Assembly: GCA_020439025.1 (NCBI GenBank)
Contig: JAGQTO010000083.1
Span: forward strand, 152 to 64,151
Length of the DNA: 64,000 bases
Direction: 5' to 3'
DNA from: Mycobacterium sp.
GTDB taxonomy: Bacteria > Actinomycetota > Actinomycetes > Mycobacteriales > Mycobacteriaceae
How positions within the stretch are numbered: the stretch's first letter is position 1; each line of letters starts with the position of its first letter. The translations under genes were made by a program, and so were the position numbers. A model generated the notes under the pieces. That model made no database searches. It was not told where the DNA came from and saw only the letters and a program-made list of their open reading frames with translations. Of the stretch, positions 48,733-58,851 are shown one piece after another.

Positions 48733-48766
48733 TTAGGCTTGCCTAATCTATCTTAGGCGAACCTAT
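48733..48766. promoter_or_regulatory. Tandem IdeR/DtxR iron boxes
   Basis: ttaggcttgcctaatctat (15/19) and ctatcttaggcgaacctat (14/19) versus TWAGGTWAGSCTWACCTWA, just upstream of efeU. Confidence 0.78.
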
Positions 48767-48793
48767 CTCGCCAAGGCCGGGCGGTGGACGCCC

Positions 48794-50329
48794 TCAGGAT
48801 GGCCCGGGTGCCCCGTCGGCAGCGCGTCGGTGCGTCCGTTCCCGGGCCAGGGTCTCCCCACGGAAGAACTCCGGCGCCTTGAGATTCCAGAAGATCATCA
48901 GCAGCACGCCGACGAACAGGCTGAACACGCCGATGACGAACACCGTGCCGATCCCGGCCAGCGATCCGCTCGACCCGTATTCCGGGTTGGCCATCTCGTA
49001 GGCCTGGATCAGGCCCACAGGGATGAGCACCAGCGCGCCGATGGCGGGCAGGACGACCTGTTCGAGCGCGGTGCGCCAGTTGTCAAAGGCGGTGTCCCAG
49101 AAGTAGATCACCGAGGACACCGCGACCACGGTGTAGTAGGTCATGATGGCGATCCCGACGCTGTAGACGGTGTCCTCGACGATCGAGTCGCTGACCACCA
49201 CCAGCCCGCCGTAGATGGCCAGCGTGGTCAGGCCGATGAACCAGGTCGCGAACGTCGGGGTCTGCCGAACCTCGTCGACCGAGGCGAACCGGCTGGGCAA
49301 CGCCTTGTAGGCGGCCATCGACAGCACCCCGCGCACCGTGGCCATCACCGTGGACAGGGTGGCCGAGAAGGCCGACAGCCCGACGATCACCGCCGCGATG
49401 AGGGCGCCGCCCGACCCGACCGCGTCGCGGGCCAGGCTGGAGAAGATGTCGTCGATATTGGCCCGGTTGGTCAGGCTTCCGGGGCTGTCGTCGTCGATAC
49501 CGGCGTAGGCCAGGGCGGCCACGCTGAACACCACGTAGGTGATCACGGTGATCAGGATCGCCGTCACTCCGCTGCGGCCGGACTCCTCGGCGGTTCCCTG
49601 GGTCTCCTCCGACATCGACAGGGCGGCGTCGAACCCCCAGAAGATGAAGACCGCCACCAGGAACCCGCCGAGCAGGGCGCTGAAGCTGCTGATGGCGAAC
49701 GGGTTGAACCATTGCCAGGAGAAGGGTTCGGCGGTCGGGTTGTGGTTCTGGCGGATGATGTTGATGCCCAGGATCGCGGCGAACAAGGCCAACCCTCCGT
49801 ACTGGACGACGGTCAGAACGACGGTGGTCCGAGAGGATTCTTCGGCGCCGCGGGCGACCAGCCAGGTGGTGATGAGGATGAACACGGCGGCGATGGCGAC
49901 CTTCAGCCAATCCGGCGGGTTCTCGATCTTGAAGGCAACGGTCGCCGCATTCACGGTGATGCCCGCGGCGCCGACGCCGGCCAGGATGCTGGAGAGCATC
50001 AGCGCGAAGCCGCCGATCCAGCCGATATGCGGCATGATCGCTTTGGATCCCCAGGTGAACACGGTTCCCGCGTCGGGAGCCGCATCGGTGAGGTGCTTGT
50101 AGGCCAGCGCGATGAAATACATCGGTATGACCGCCAGGATGAAGACGATCGGCATCTGGTAACCGGCTTCGTCGGCACCGTGACCCAGCGCCCCCGTCAG
50201 CGAGTAAGCCGGTGCGGTGGCGGCCAGACCGATGGCCACGGCGCCGATCAGCGAGATCGACCCCTTCTTGAGACCCTTGGATCTCAGTTCGTGCATCGGG
50301 GGGTCGACGGCCCCCTCGTCCTGTGCCAT
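48794..50329 (-). CDS. APC family amino acid/polyamine permease
   Basis: GLAATAPAYSL, PDAGTVFTW, FIFWGFD, SEET; about 12 TM. Confidence 0.88.
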   Translation of the reverse strand: MAQDEGAVDPPMHELRSKGLKKGSISLIGAVAIGLAATAPAYSLTGALGHGADEAGYQMPIVFILAVIPMYFIALAYKHLTDAAPDAGTVFTWGSKAIMPHIGWIGGFALMLSSILAGVGAAGITVNAATVAFKIENPPDWLKVAIAAVFILITTWLVARGAEESSRTTVVLTVVQYGGLALFAAILGINIIRQNHNPTAEPFSWQWFNPFAISSFSALLGGFLVAVFIFWGFDAALSMSEETQGTAEESGRSGVTAILITVITYVVFSVAALAYAGIDDDSPGSLTNRANIDDIFSSLARDAVGSGGALIAAVIVGLSAFSATLSTVMATVRGVLSMAAYKALPSRFASVDEVRQTPTFATWFIGLTTLAIYGGLVVVSDSIVEDTVYSVGIAIMTYYTVVAVSSVIYFWDTAFDNWRTALEQVVLPAIGALVLIPVGLIQAYEMANPEYGSSGSLAGIGTVFVIGVFSLFVGVLLMIFWNLKAPEFFRGETLARERTHRRAADGAPGPS

Positions 50330-50369
50330 GAAGGGGATTGTCGCACCCGACGGCGTCCGGATCGCGCGA

Positions 50370-51608
50370 TCAGCCCACCGCGAGTGCGGCAGCCAACGCG
50401 GCACCGAACGCGAGGGTGGGCACCGCCATCGCCGCGAGGAATCCCAGTCCGAAGCGGCGACCGCCGGCGGCGAAGGCCAGCCCGATCTTGACGAGCAGAT
50501 TGGAGCCGAGAGCGGCGGCGATGGCCACCAACGCGGTGTCGGCGGTGATGTCCCCGGCCGCGGCCAGGGTGGCGGCGGCCACCGAGCCCGCGTGGGCGTC
50601 GGCCAGGCCGGCGGCGAACGCCCCCAGCACCGCGCCCTGCGGACCCAGCACCTCGGCGCCCCAACGGCCGATCAGCAGGGCGAACACCAGGACGGCCGCC
50701 AGGATCAGCGCAGGGCGAAGCGCGAACGGCCGCCCCGCCGGGGTCGGCGCCTCCGTCTCGTCCGGATGGGATCGAGCCCGCCGGTAGATGACGGCCGCGA
50801 CGATCATGAGCGTGGCGGCCCCCACCACCACCGGGGGCCACAGCCGGCGCAACAGCGCAGGGTCGACGTAGGCGATAACGACCAGTAGTTGCAGGAAGGT
50901 GGCCAGGCTGGCGGCCAGCGCGCCGGCCAGCGGCACCCGAGGGTCGGCCGCGGCGCGGCCGATCCGGCCCATCGACGCCGTGGTGGCCGTGGCCGAAACG
51001 AACCCGCCTGCCAGCCCCGTGACGAGCAGGCCCCGTTGCGGCCCGAGCGCGCGCACGCCGATGTAGCCGACCCACCCGATACCGGTGAGCAGCACGACCA
51101 GCAGCCACACCTTCGACGGATTGAGCACGCCGTAGGGTCCGAGCGGACGATCGGGAAGCAGCGGCAGGATGACGAACGCCACCACGAAGAACTTGATGGC
51201 GTCCTCGAGTTCGACCTCGCTGACGATGTCCCGGGCGAAGCGGTGGATCCTTTCTTTGGACAGCAACAGCCCGGTGACCAGAACGGCCAGGGCGACCGCG
51301 ACGGCGGGCCTGGTGTAGGCCAGCGCACCGAGCAGGTAGGTGACCAGGGCGGCGATCTCGGTGGTGGTTCCCGGGTCGTCGTCGTTGGTGCGGAAGTAGG
51401 CCAGCGCCATCAACGCCGCCACCGCGATCAGCCCCACCAGCACCACCCATTGCCCGAACGCCGCCGCAACGGCTCCCAGCAGGGACAGCAGCGCGAAGGA
51501 CCGCGAGCCCGCTGAGAGCCGGCGACTGTGGCTGCGCTCGCGCTCGAAACCCAGCAGCAGCCCGATCGCCAGCGCGACCAGGAAGGGCTGCAGCTGCTGC
51601 CAGTTCAT
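50370..51608 (-). CDS. MgtC/SapB family membrane protein with DUF4010
   Basis: ALAIGLLLGFERE, AGSRSF, PGTTTE, GLAGGFVSATATT, GLADAHA. Confidence 0.85.
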   Translation of the reverse strand: MNWQQLQPFLVALAIGLLLGFERERSHSRRLSAGSRSFALLSLLGAVAAAFGQWVVLVGLIAVAALMALAYFRTNDDDPGTTTEIAALVTYLLGALAYTRPAVAVALAVLVTGLLLSKERIHRFARDIVSEVELEDAIKFFVVAFVILPLLPDRPLGPYGVLNPSKVWLLVVLLTGIGWVGYIGVRALGPQRGLLVTGLAGGFVSATATTASMGRIGRAAADPRVPLAGALAASLATFLQLLVVIAYVDPALLRRLWPPVVVGAATLMIVAAVIYRRARSHPDETEAPTPAGRPFALRPALILAAVLVFALLIGRWGAEVLGPQGAVLGAFAAGLADAHAGSVAAATLAAAGDITADTALVAIAAALGSNLLVKIGLAFAAGGRRFGLGFLAAMAVPTLAFGAALAAALAVG

Positions 51609-51610
51609 GG

Positions 51611-52312
51611 TCAGCCGGCGGCGAAGGCCTTGGCCGGTACCTCACGTTCTCCCGCGCGAATGGCCTCGACGATCCGGCGGGCGACCACCTCGGGTTGCAG
51701 GCCTTCAGGCAACCGGGGCGCGGTACCGGCGATCGGATGCTGGGCAAGCCCGGTCTCGGTGTGCGGTGGCCGGGCGTCGGTCACGGTGATCCCCACGCGG
51801 CGTAACTCCCGGCTGAGCGCCTGGTCCGCCGCGCTCAGCGCTGCCTTGGACGCCGCGTAGGCGGCCATGCCCGGAAGCGGCTGCTCGGCGACCACCGCGC
51901 TGATGTTGGCGATGAACCCGCGGGACTCCGTCAGGGCGGGCAGGGCCGCCCTGATCAGCCAGAGCGGGCCGAGCACGTTGGTCAGGAACAGGTCTTCGAT
52001 CACCTCGTCATCGGTGTCGGCAAGCAGACCGAAGGCGACCACCCCGGCCGCGTTGACCAGGCCGTCGATCCGGCCGTGCGCCGACAGCGCGGCGTTCACA
52101 ATCGCCGCACCGGCCTCTGCGTCGCGCAGGTCCGCGACGACCGGGGTGGCTTCGAAGCCCAGCGATTCCAGCCCCTGCGGGTTCCGTGCGGCCACGGTCA
52201 GTCGGGCGCCCGCAGCGGCCAGTAGCCCGGCGATGTGCCGCCCGAGACCTCCGCTGGCGCCGACGACAACGACCGATGCGCCCTCCAGTTGACGATCCGG
52301 CATCGCAGTCAC
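51611..52312 (-). CDS. SDR family oxidoreductase
   Basis: GASGGLG, NAAG, YAASK. Confidence 0.88.
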   Translation of the reverse strand: MTAMPDRQLEGASVVVVGASGGLGRHIAGLLAAAGARLTVAARNPQGLESLGFEATPVVADLRDAEAGAAIVNAALSAHGRIDGLVNAAGVVAFGLLADTDDEVIEDLFLTNVLGPLWLIRAALPALTESRGFIANISAVVAEQPLPGMAAYAASKAALSAADQALSRELRRVGITVTDARPPHTETGLAQHPIAGTAPRLPEGLQPEVVARRIVEAIRAGEREVPAKAFAAG

Positions 52313-52666
52313 CTACCGCGCCAGCGGACTGTAGAAGACAAGGCCATTGCCCTTGTTGTCATAGACCACGGCACGGCGCTCGTGGGCGTCGTCATAGGGG
52401 CCCTTGACGATTCCGCCGCCGCTGGCCTCGATCGCCTTCGCCGCGGCGTCCACATCGGCGGTCTTGATGCCGACCACGACCTGTCCGGGGATCGGATGGT
52501 CGACGGCGGTGGCCAACGCCAGCGTCACCGACCCGCCGTCAAGTGCGGCGAAATGCGCGCCGTCGCGGAACTTCAGCGGCATGCCCAGCGTCTCGCTGTA
52601 GAACTCGATGGACCCGTCCAGGTCGTCGGTGGACAGGATGACCATCCTGACGTCGTGATCGCTCAT
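52313..52666 (-). CDS. VOC (glyoxalase) family protein
   Basis: DLDGSIEFYSETLG, GGGIVKGP, DNKGN. Confidence 0.82.
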   Translation of the reverse strand: MSDHDVRMVILSTDDLDGSIEFYSETLGMPLKFRDGAHFAALDGGSVTLALATAVDHPIPGQVVVGIKTADVDAAAKAIEASGGGIVKGPYDDAHERRAVVYDNKGNGLVFYSPLAR

Positions 52667-52703
52667 CCTCTTTCCTCTCTGCCCGCCCGGAGCCCCCGGG
52701 GCT

Positions 52704-53849
52704 CTACCTAACCGCTCGGAGGCCCCGGGCGATCACCAATCGCTGAATCTGGTTGGTGCCCTCGAAGATCTGGGTGATCTTCGCCTCGCGCATATAACGC
52801 TCCACCCGGTAGTCGCGGGTGTACCCGACGCCGCCGAGCACCTGGACGGCGTCGGTGGTGACCTTCATGGCGGCGTCGGTGGCGACCAGTTTGGCCACGC
52901 TGGCCTGTTGGGAAAACGGCGTCCCGGCGTCCCGGCGGCGCGCCGCGTCGAGGTAGGTGGCCCGCGCGGCACCCACGGCGGCGGCCATGTCGGCAAGCAG
53001 GAAGCCCAGGCCCTGGTGGTCGATGATCTTGCGGCCGAACGTCGTTCGCTCGTTGGCGTAGGCAACCGCCTCATCCAGTGCCGCCTGCGCCAGGCCCACG
53101 GCCACCGCAGCGATCCCCAGCCGTCCCGCGTCCAGTGCGCTGAAGGCGATCTGCAGTCCCTGGCCTTCATCGCCGATACGCCGGCCGGCGTCAACCAGGG
53201 CCCGGTCGTAGAACGCCGTCGTGGTGGGGATCGCCACCAGCCCCATCTTCTCCTCGGGCTTGCCGAAGCTCAGACCGGGTTGGTCGGCGGCGATCAGAAA
53301 GCAGGTGACTCCCCCGCTGCCCTCCGCGGTTCGCGCGAACAGCGTGTAGAAGTCCGCCCGCCCGCCGTGGGTGATCCAGGACTTGGAGCCGTTGATCTCG
53401 TAGCCCCCGTCGATGGGAGTGGCCGCGCACCGCAGCGCCGCCGCATCGGACCCGGCCTGTGGTTCGGACAGGCTGTAGGCGCCGATCTGCTCGCCGGAGA
53501 GCATGCCGGGTAGCCAGCGCTGCTTTTGTTCGTCGGTTCCGAAGGCCTGCAACGGGTTACAGGACAGTCCATGCACGCTGACCGCAACCGCGACCGCCGC
53601 CCACCGGGCCGCCAGTTCCTCGAGTACCTGCAGGTAGACCTCGTAGGGCTGGCCGCCCCCGCCCCACTGGAGCGGCTGGGGCAGGCTCAGCAGCCCGGCC
53701 GCCCCGAGTTGGGCGAAGACCCCCTCCGGATAGGTCTCGGTGCGCTCGTGCTCGTCGACGATCGGCGTCAGCACCTTGTCGGCGATCTCACGGGTCAGCG
53801 CGATCAGGTCGGCGGCGTCATCGTCGGGAAGGAGTCGATCGACGGGCAT
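52704..53849 (-). CDS. Acyl-CoA dehydrogenase
   Basis: YSLSEPQAGSD, INGSKSWITHG, QVLGGVGY, IFEGTNQIQR. Confidence 0.92.
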   Translation of the reverse strand: MPVDRLLPDDDAADLIALTREIADKVLTPIVDEHERTETYPEGVFAQLGAAGLLSLPQPLQWGGGGQPYEVYLQVLEELAARWAAVAVAVSVHGLSCNPLQAFGTDEQKQRWLPGMLSGEQIGAYSLSEPQAGSDAAALRCAATPIDGGYEINGSKSWITHGGRADFYTLFARTAEGSGGVTCFLIAADQPGLSFGKPEEKMGLVAIPTTTAFYDRALVDAGRRIGDEGQGLQIAFSALDAGRLGIAAVAVGLAQAALDEAVAYANERTTFGRKIIDHQGLGFLLADMAAAVGAARATYLDAARRRDAGTPFSQQASVAKLVATDAAMKVTTDAVQVLGGVGYTRDYRVERYMREAKITQIFEGTNQIQRLVIARGLRAVR

Positions 53850-53877
53850 GGTGTTTCTCCGGACTGTGTGGGCGGTG

Positions 53878-54792
53878 TCAGAAGTAGCGCGGGAATCGGC
53901 TCCAGTCCGGGTCGCGCTTTTCCAGGAATGCGTCGCGGCCCTCGACGGCCTCGTCGGTCATATAAGCCAGCCGGGTGGCCTCGCCGGCGAAGATCTGCTG
54001 GCCGACCAGTCCGTCATCTAGCAGGTTGAAGGCGAACTTCAGCATCCGCTGGGCCTGTGGTGACTTGCCGTTGATCTTCTCGGCCCACTGCAGTCCGGTC
54101 GTTTCCAACTCAGCGTGGTCCACGACGCGGTTGACCGCTCCCATCTGATGCATCTGCTCGGCGGTGTAGGCCTCGCCCAGGAAGAAGATCTCCCGGGCGA
54201 ACTTCTGCCCCACTTGCTTGGCCAGGTAGGCGCTACCGTAGCCGCCGTCGAAACTTCCCACGTCGGCGTCGGTCTGCTTGAACCGGGCGTGCTCGCGGCT
54301 GGCCAGGGTCAGATCGCAGGTGACGTGCAGGCTGTGTCCGCCGCCGGCCGCCCATCCGTTGACCAGGCAGATGACGACCTTGGGCATGAAGCGGATCAGC
54401 CGCTGGACTTCCAGGATATGCAACCGCCCGGCCCTTGCCGGATCGACGGTGTCCGCAGTGTCCCCGGCTGCGTACTGGTAGCCGCTACGGCCGCGGATGC
54501 GCTGGTCGCCTCCTGAACAGAACGCCCACCCGCCGTCCTTGGGCGACGGCCCGTTACCGGTCAGCAGCAACACACCAACCTCGGGCCACATCCGGGCGTG
54601 GTCCAGCACCCGGTACAACTCGTCGACGGTGTGCGGCCGGAATGCGTTGCGCACCTCCGGGCGGTCGAAGGCCACCCGAACCGTCGGCTCCGGCACCCCG
54701 TCGCGCACATGGCGGTGATAGGTGATGTCGGTCAGATCCTCGAAGCCCTCGACGGGCGCCCAGAGGTCGGGTTCGAACGGGTTTCGGCTCAC
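53878..54792 (-). CDS. menB: 1,4-dihydroxy-2-naphthoyl-CoA synthase
   Basis: FDRPEVRNAFRP, FCSGGDQ, AGGGHSLH, VGSFDGGYG, EGRDAFLEKR. Confidence 0.95.
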   Translation of the reverse strand: MSRNPFEPDLWAPVEGFEDLTDITYHRHVRDGVPEPTVRVAFDRPEVRNAFRPHTVDELYRVLDHARMWPEVGVLLLTGNGPSPKDGGWAFCSGGDQRIRGRSGYQYAAGDTADTVDPARAGRLHILEVQRLIRFMPKVVICLVNGWAAGGGHSLHVTCDLTLASREHARFKQTDADVGSFDGGYGSAYLAKQVGQKFAREIFFLGEAYTAEQMHQMGAVNRVVDHAELETTGLQWAEKINGKSPQAQRMLKFAFNLLDDGLVGQQIFAGEATRLAYMTDEAVEGRDAFLEKRDPDWSRFPRYF

Positions 54793-54840
54793 GGCCCGAA
54801 CTTACGCCACCGGCGATTCGACGCCGCCTCGGCCGCGCCG

Positions 54841-56091
54841 TCACGAGGAGGGGACCCCCGGGGACGTCTCGGCGGCCGCCGTCGGCATCCCCAGAGCCAC
54901 AGTGAGTTCCAGGATTTTCCGCGGATCGGCCAGCCGCTCGCCGTAGAGATCGCGCAACTGGTTCATCCGGTAGCGCACGGTCTGGGCGTGGACGAACAGA
55001 TCGGCCGCGACCGCATCTCTCTGGCCCTGGTGCAGCAGCCACGAGCGCAGCGTCTCGATAAGGCGGTGCGCGGTAGCGGGCCTCAGGTCCGCCAGCGGCT
55101 CCAGGGCCCGACGGCGCAGATCCTCGGCCGCCTCGGGGTCGGCGCCCAGCACGATCTCGACCAGATGTTCGTCGGTGTCGACGCAGCCGGCAGCACCAAG
55201 GAGGCGCCGGGCCCGAACGGCGCGTTCGAACGATCCCCGCGCCAGTAGCCACGGCCGGGCAGGCCCGACCACCGCGCCGCGCCCGCCCAGGGCGGAAATC
55301 AGAACCGATCTCCGGTCACCGTGCACATCGGGCACCAGCACCGCCGACCATGCCTCCGCGGGATCCAGACCGGGCAAGCCCTCGGCGGCCTGCAGCACTT
55401 CCGAACTCAGCAGGGCCGTCAAGCCGCGGGCGCCGGCGCCCGGCACCAAGACCGCCGTAAGTGTTTGCGGAACAGACCAATTGGCACGCTCGGCGCTGTT
55501 GCGCAGAACCTCGGGGGGCTCGCCGGCGAGCAGTTGGGCGGTGAGCAGGTCGAGGTAGCGTTGACGGACCCGGCCTTCGGTAGCCGACTCGTCGGCATGA
55601 CCCGAAACACTGGAGGCCGACAGTTCGTCGATGTAGGCGAAAACCAGTTCGGCGAATCGCGCGATGATGGCGGCCGGCAGGCCGGCCCCCACCGCGGTCG
55701 CCGACAACTCCCGCCAGGCCACCCTCGCGCCGACCCGATAGGCCGCCAGCAGTGCGTCCATGGAACGGCCGTTGCGGGCCTCTCCCCGGCCCAGTTCGTA
55801 GGCGCCGTCAACGGCCGGGGACATCTGCACACCCGGATCGGAGTCATCCGCCGCCGTCACCAGACGCAGAAAAGCCGCCAATGAGGTCTGCACCGCGTTC
55901 TCGATGTTCTGACCCATCTGCCCGCTGAACGGGTCGGTGTAGGCGGGCACCTCTGCGACGATCGCGTCCACGGTGCGTTGGGCCATCCGGGGCAACACCG
56001 CCTCGAGGGCACTGACCACCTCCGGGTCCAGCGCCAGACCGGAATATCGGCTCCTCTTCTCCGGTGCCGCCCCAGCCGTCGTCTCCGGCAT
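54841..56091 (-). CDS. PucR/CdaR family transcriptional regulator (MabR/FasR-like)
   Basis: LLAAYRVGAR, C-terminal HTH ETLRSWL...VAADLFVHAQTVRYRM. Confidence 0.88.
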   Translation of the reverse strand: MPETTAGAAPEKRSRYSGLALDPEVVSALEAVLPRMAQRTVDAIVAEVPAYTDPFSGQMGQNIENAVQTSLAAFLRLVTAADDSDPGVQMSPAVDGAYELGRGEARNGRSMDALLAAYRVGARVAWRELSATAVGAGLPAAIIARFAELVFAYIDELSASSVSGHADESATEGRVRQRYLDLLTAQLLAGEPPEVLRNSAERANWSVPQTLTAVLVPGAGARGLTALLSSEVLQAAEGLPGLDPAEAWSAVLVPDVHGDRRSVLISALGGRGAVVGPARPWLLARGSFERAVRARRLLGAAGCVDTDEHLVEIVLGADPEAAEDLRRRALEPLADLRPATAHRLIETLRSWLLHQGQRDAVAADLFVHAQTVRYRMNQLRDLYGERLADPRKILELTVALGMPTAAAETSPGVPSS

Positions 56092-56111
56092 TTTGTTCCT
56101 TTTGAATAAAA
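56091..56111. promoter_or_regulatory. MabR-type palindromic operator
   Basis: TTTTGT-TCCTTTTGA-ATAAAA, one mismatch to TTTTGT-N9-ACAAAA, at the regulator start codon. Confidence 0.6.
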
Positions 56112-56175
56112 CCAGGCAATTTTTCCACTCTGAGATGTCAAGACTTTAACGCCAGCGCCAATGGATCGTAGTGAT

Positions 56176-57273
56176 ATGACCACAACCGCACCCCTTACCG
56201 AACCGGCCGCGGCCGCCCTGCGCGGACGTATGTTGCGATTCGCGGCACGGGTCACCACCCCACTGGTCCCCGCCGACTATCTCGACCTGATCGACCCGCT
56301 GAGCTCCGGCTCCGCCCTGCGCGGACGGATCATGGCCGTCAACCCCGAGACCCGCGACGCGGTCACGCTGGTGATCAAGCCCGGGCGGGGATGGCGCACC
56401 CATGTTCCCGGCCAGTACGTCCGCATCGGCGTGGACGTCGACGGCGTGCGGCAATGGCGGGCCTACTCACTGACCTCCGGCATCGGACGAGCCGACGGCT
56501 GTATCGGCATCACGGTGAAGGCGATACCCGACGGTGTGGTGAGCAACTACCTGGTACGGCGGGTCACCGTGGGGACGGTTCTGCACCTCGATCAGCCGGC
56601 CGGAGATTTCACCCTCCCCCACCCGGCGCCGGCGAAGATCCTGTTCGTCACCGCCGGCAGCGGCATCACCCCGGTGATGGGAATGCTGCGCAACATGCCC
56701 CACCGGGCCATGTCCGACATCGTCCTGGTGCACTCCGCGCCCACCGGCGCCGACGTCATCTTCGGCGGGGAGCTGCGAAGGCTGGCCGCGCAGAGCCGGA
56801 TTCGGCTCGTCGAGATCCACACCGACGCCGACGGCCCACTGGACATCACCGGGATCGGCTCATTGGTAGATGACCTGAGCGAACGCCAGACCTGGGCCTG
56901 CGGCCCCGCCGGCTTGCTCGACGCCGTCGAATCGCACTGGCGGACAACGGGTCTTGAGGCACGGCTGCACACCGAGCGGTTCCGTCCCGCCGTTATCGCC
57001 ACCGGCGAGGGCGGAACCGTCAACTTCTCGAAGTCCGGCACGACCGCCGACAACGACGGCACCGCGCCACTGCTGGAGACCGGCGAGTCCGCCGGGGTGC
57101 TGATGCCCTCGGGGTGCCGGATGGGCGTCTGCTTCGGCTGCGTCGCACCGCTTCGCCGCGGCGCCGTACGTGACCTGCGCACCGGAGGGATCACCACCGC
57201 CGCCGAGGGCGACGGTGTCATCGTGCAGACCTGCATCTCCGCCGCCGCCGGCGACTGCGATATCGAACTCTAG
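56176..57273 (+). CDS. Ferredoxin reductase partner of desaturase (Rv3230c-like)
   Basis: PGQYV, RAYSL, AGSGITP, WACGP, GCRMGVCFGC...C 2Fe-2S motif. Confidence 0.9.
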   Translation: MTTTAPLTEPAAAALRGRMLRFAARVTTPLVPADYLDLIDPLSSGSALRGRIMAVNPETRDAVTLVIKPGRGWRTHVPGQYVRIGVDVDGVRQWRAYSLTSGIGRADGCIGITVKAIPDGVVSNYLVRRVTVGTVLHLDQPAGDFTLPHPAPAKILFVTAGSGITPVMGMLRNMPHRAMSDIVLVHSAPTGADVIFGGELRRLAAQSRIRLVEIHTDADGPLDITGIGSLVDDLSERQTWACGPAGLLDAVESHWRTTGLEARLHTERFRPAVIATGEGGTVNFSKSGTTADNDGTAPLLETGESAGVLMPSGCRMGVCFGCVAPLRRGAVRDLRTGGITTAAEGDGVIVQTCISAAAGDCDIEL

Positions 57274-57286
57274 AAAGGAATCCGAG

Positions 57287-58375
57287 ATGACCGCACTACT
57301 GGAGAACACCGCTCCGACCGCCGGCCTGAGCGCCACCGACATCGAGAACCTCGGCGCCGAACTCGACGCCATCCGCGAGCAGGTCGTCGCCAGCCGCGGT
57401 GAGCGCGATGCCGCCTACATCCGCAAAGTCATTGACAGCCAACGCAAACTGGAGCTCGGCAGCCGGGCGATTCTGCTGTTCTCGCTGTTCCCGCCCGCCT
57501 GGCTCATCGGAACCGCGGGGCTGTCGGTCTCCAAGATCATCGAGAACATGGAAATCGGCCACAACGTGATGCACGGCCAGTGGGACTGGATGCGTGACCC
57601 GAAGATCCACTCCACCACCTGGGAGTGGGACAACGCCTCGCCGGCGGAGTTCTGGAAGCACTCCCACAACGAACTGCACCACACCTACACCAACGTCCGC
57701 GGCCGCGACAACGACCTGGGCTACGGCATCATGCGGGTCGACGAGCAACAGCCTTGGAAGCCGATGTATCTGGTGCAGCCGCTGTCCAACGCCGTGAACG
57801 CCTGCTTCTTCCAGTACGGAATCGCTTTCTACGACCTCGAAGTCGGCAAGTACCTCAAGGGCCGCGTTGAAAAGAAGGACTTCTTCCGACGCGGCAAGAG
57901 AGTGCTGGCCAAGATTCGACGGCAGGCCACCCGCGACTACCTGCTGCACCCATTGCTGTCCGGCCCGTCGGCGCTGACCACACTGGCGGCCAACCTGACC
58001 GCGAATCTGGTCCGCAACCTGTGGACGCACTCGGTCATCATGTGCGGCCACTTCCCCGACGGCGTCCAGACTTTCTCCAAGGACTCGATCGAGGGCGAGA
58101 CCCGCGGCGAGTGGTATCTGCGCCAGATGCTCGGATCGGCCAACATCTCCGGGGGCCCCGCCCTGCACTTCATGACCGGCAACCTGTCCTACCAGATCGA
58201 ACACCACCTGTTTCCGGACCTGCCCAGCAACCGCTACTCCGAGATCGCCCCGAAGGTGCAGGAGGTGTTCGAGCGGTACGGCCTGACCTACACCGGCGGG
58301 CCGCTGCCCACACAGGTCGCCTCGGCATGGTGGAACATCATCCGACTCTCCGTTCCGAACGGTCGTCCGGACTGA
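57287..58375 (+). CDS. desA3: Membrane acyl-CoA desaturase (DesA3-like)
   Basis: His boxes HNVMH, HNELHH, QIEHH; aaggaa RBS; follows the reductase. Confidence 0.88.
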   Translation: MTALLENTAPTAGLSATDIENLGAELDAIREQVVASRGERDAAYIRKVIDSQRKLELGSRAILLFSLFPPAWLIGTAGLSVSKIIENMEIGHNVMHGQWDWMRDPKIHSTTWEWDNASPAEFWKHSHNELHHTYTNVRGRDNDLGYGIMRVDEQQPWKPMYLVQPLSNAVNACFFQYGIAFYDLEVGKYLKGRVEKKDFFRRGKRVLAKIRRQATRDYLLHPLLSGPSALTTLAANLTANLVRNLWTHSVIMCGHFPDGVQTFSKDSIEGETRGEWYLRQMLGSANISGGPALHFMTGNLSYQIEHHLFPDLPSNRYSEIAPKVQEVFERYGLTYTGGPLPTQVASAWWNIIRLSVPNGRPD

Positions 58376-58397
58376 GCGGAGACTCTAGAGTTCACCC

Positions 58398-58844
58398 GTG
58401 CGCGCCGAACAACTCATCGAGGAGTTCCCGGTCGTCCGGGGCGATTCCAGTGCCATCGAGGCGGCCCGCCTCGTCGCCCAGCACCGCTTGCCCGGCCTGG
58501 TGATCACCGATCCGGCGGGCATCCCGCGGCACATCCTGCCCGCTTCTCAGGTCGTCGGCCTGCTGGTGCCGGCCTATGTCCAAGACGATCCCGCACTGGC
58601 CGGGGTCCTCAGCGAACTCACCGCCGACCGGGTGGCAGAGAAGTTGAGCGGCAAGTCCGTCGACGAGGTGCTGCCGAAGTCGCTGCCGCCGATGGCGGTG
58701 GCCAACGCCGACGACACCATCATCGAGGTAGCCGCGATCATGGCTCAGGCGCATTCTCCACTGGTCGCGGTCGTCACCGAGCACCGCCTCATCGGGGTGA
58801 TCACAGCCTCCCGGCTGCTGGAAGTCGCCCTGGGAAACCGGTGA
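58398..58844 (+). CDS. CBS domain protein (Rv2683-like)
   Basis: Two CBS repeats, [23 protein letters not shown]. Confidence 0.82.
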   Translation: MRAEQLIEEFPVVRGDSSAIEAARLVAQHRLPGLVITDPAGIPRHILPASQVVGLLVPAYVQDDPALAGVLSELTADRVAEKLSGKSVDEVLPKSLPPMAVANADDTIIEVAAIMAQAHSPLVAVVTEHRLIGVITASRLLEVALGNR

Positions 58845-58851
58845 GCGCCCC

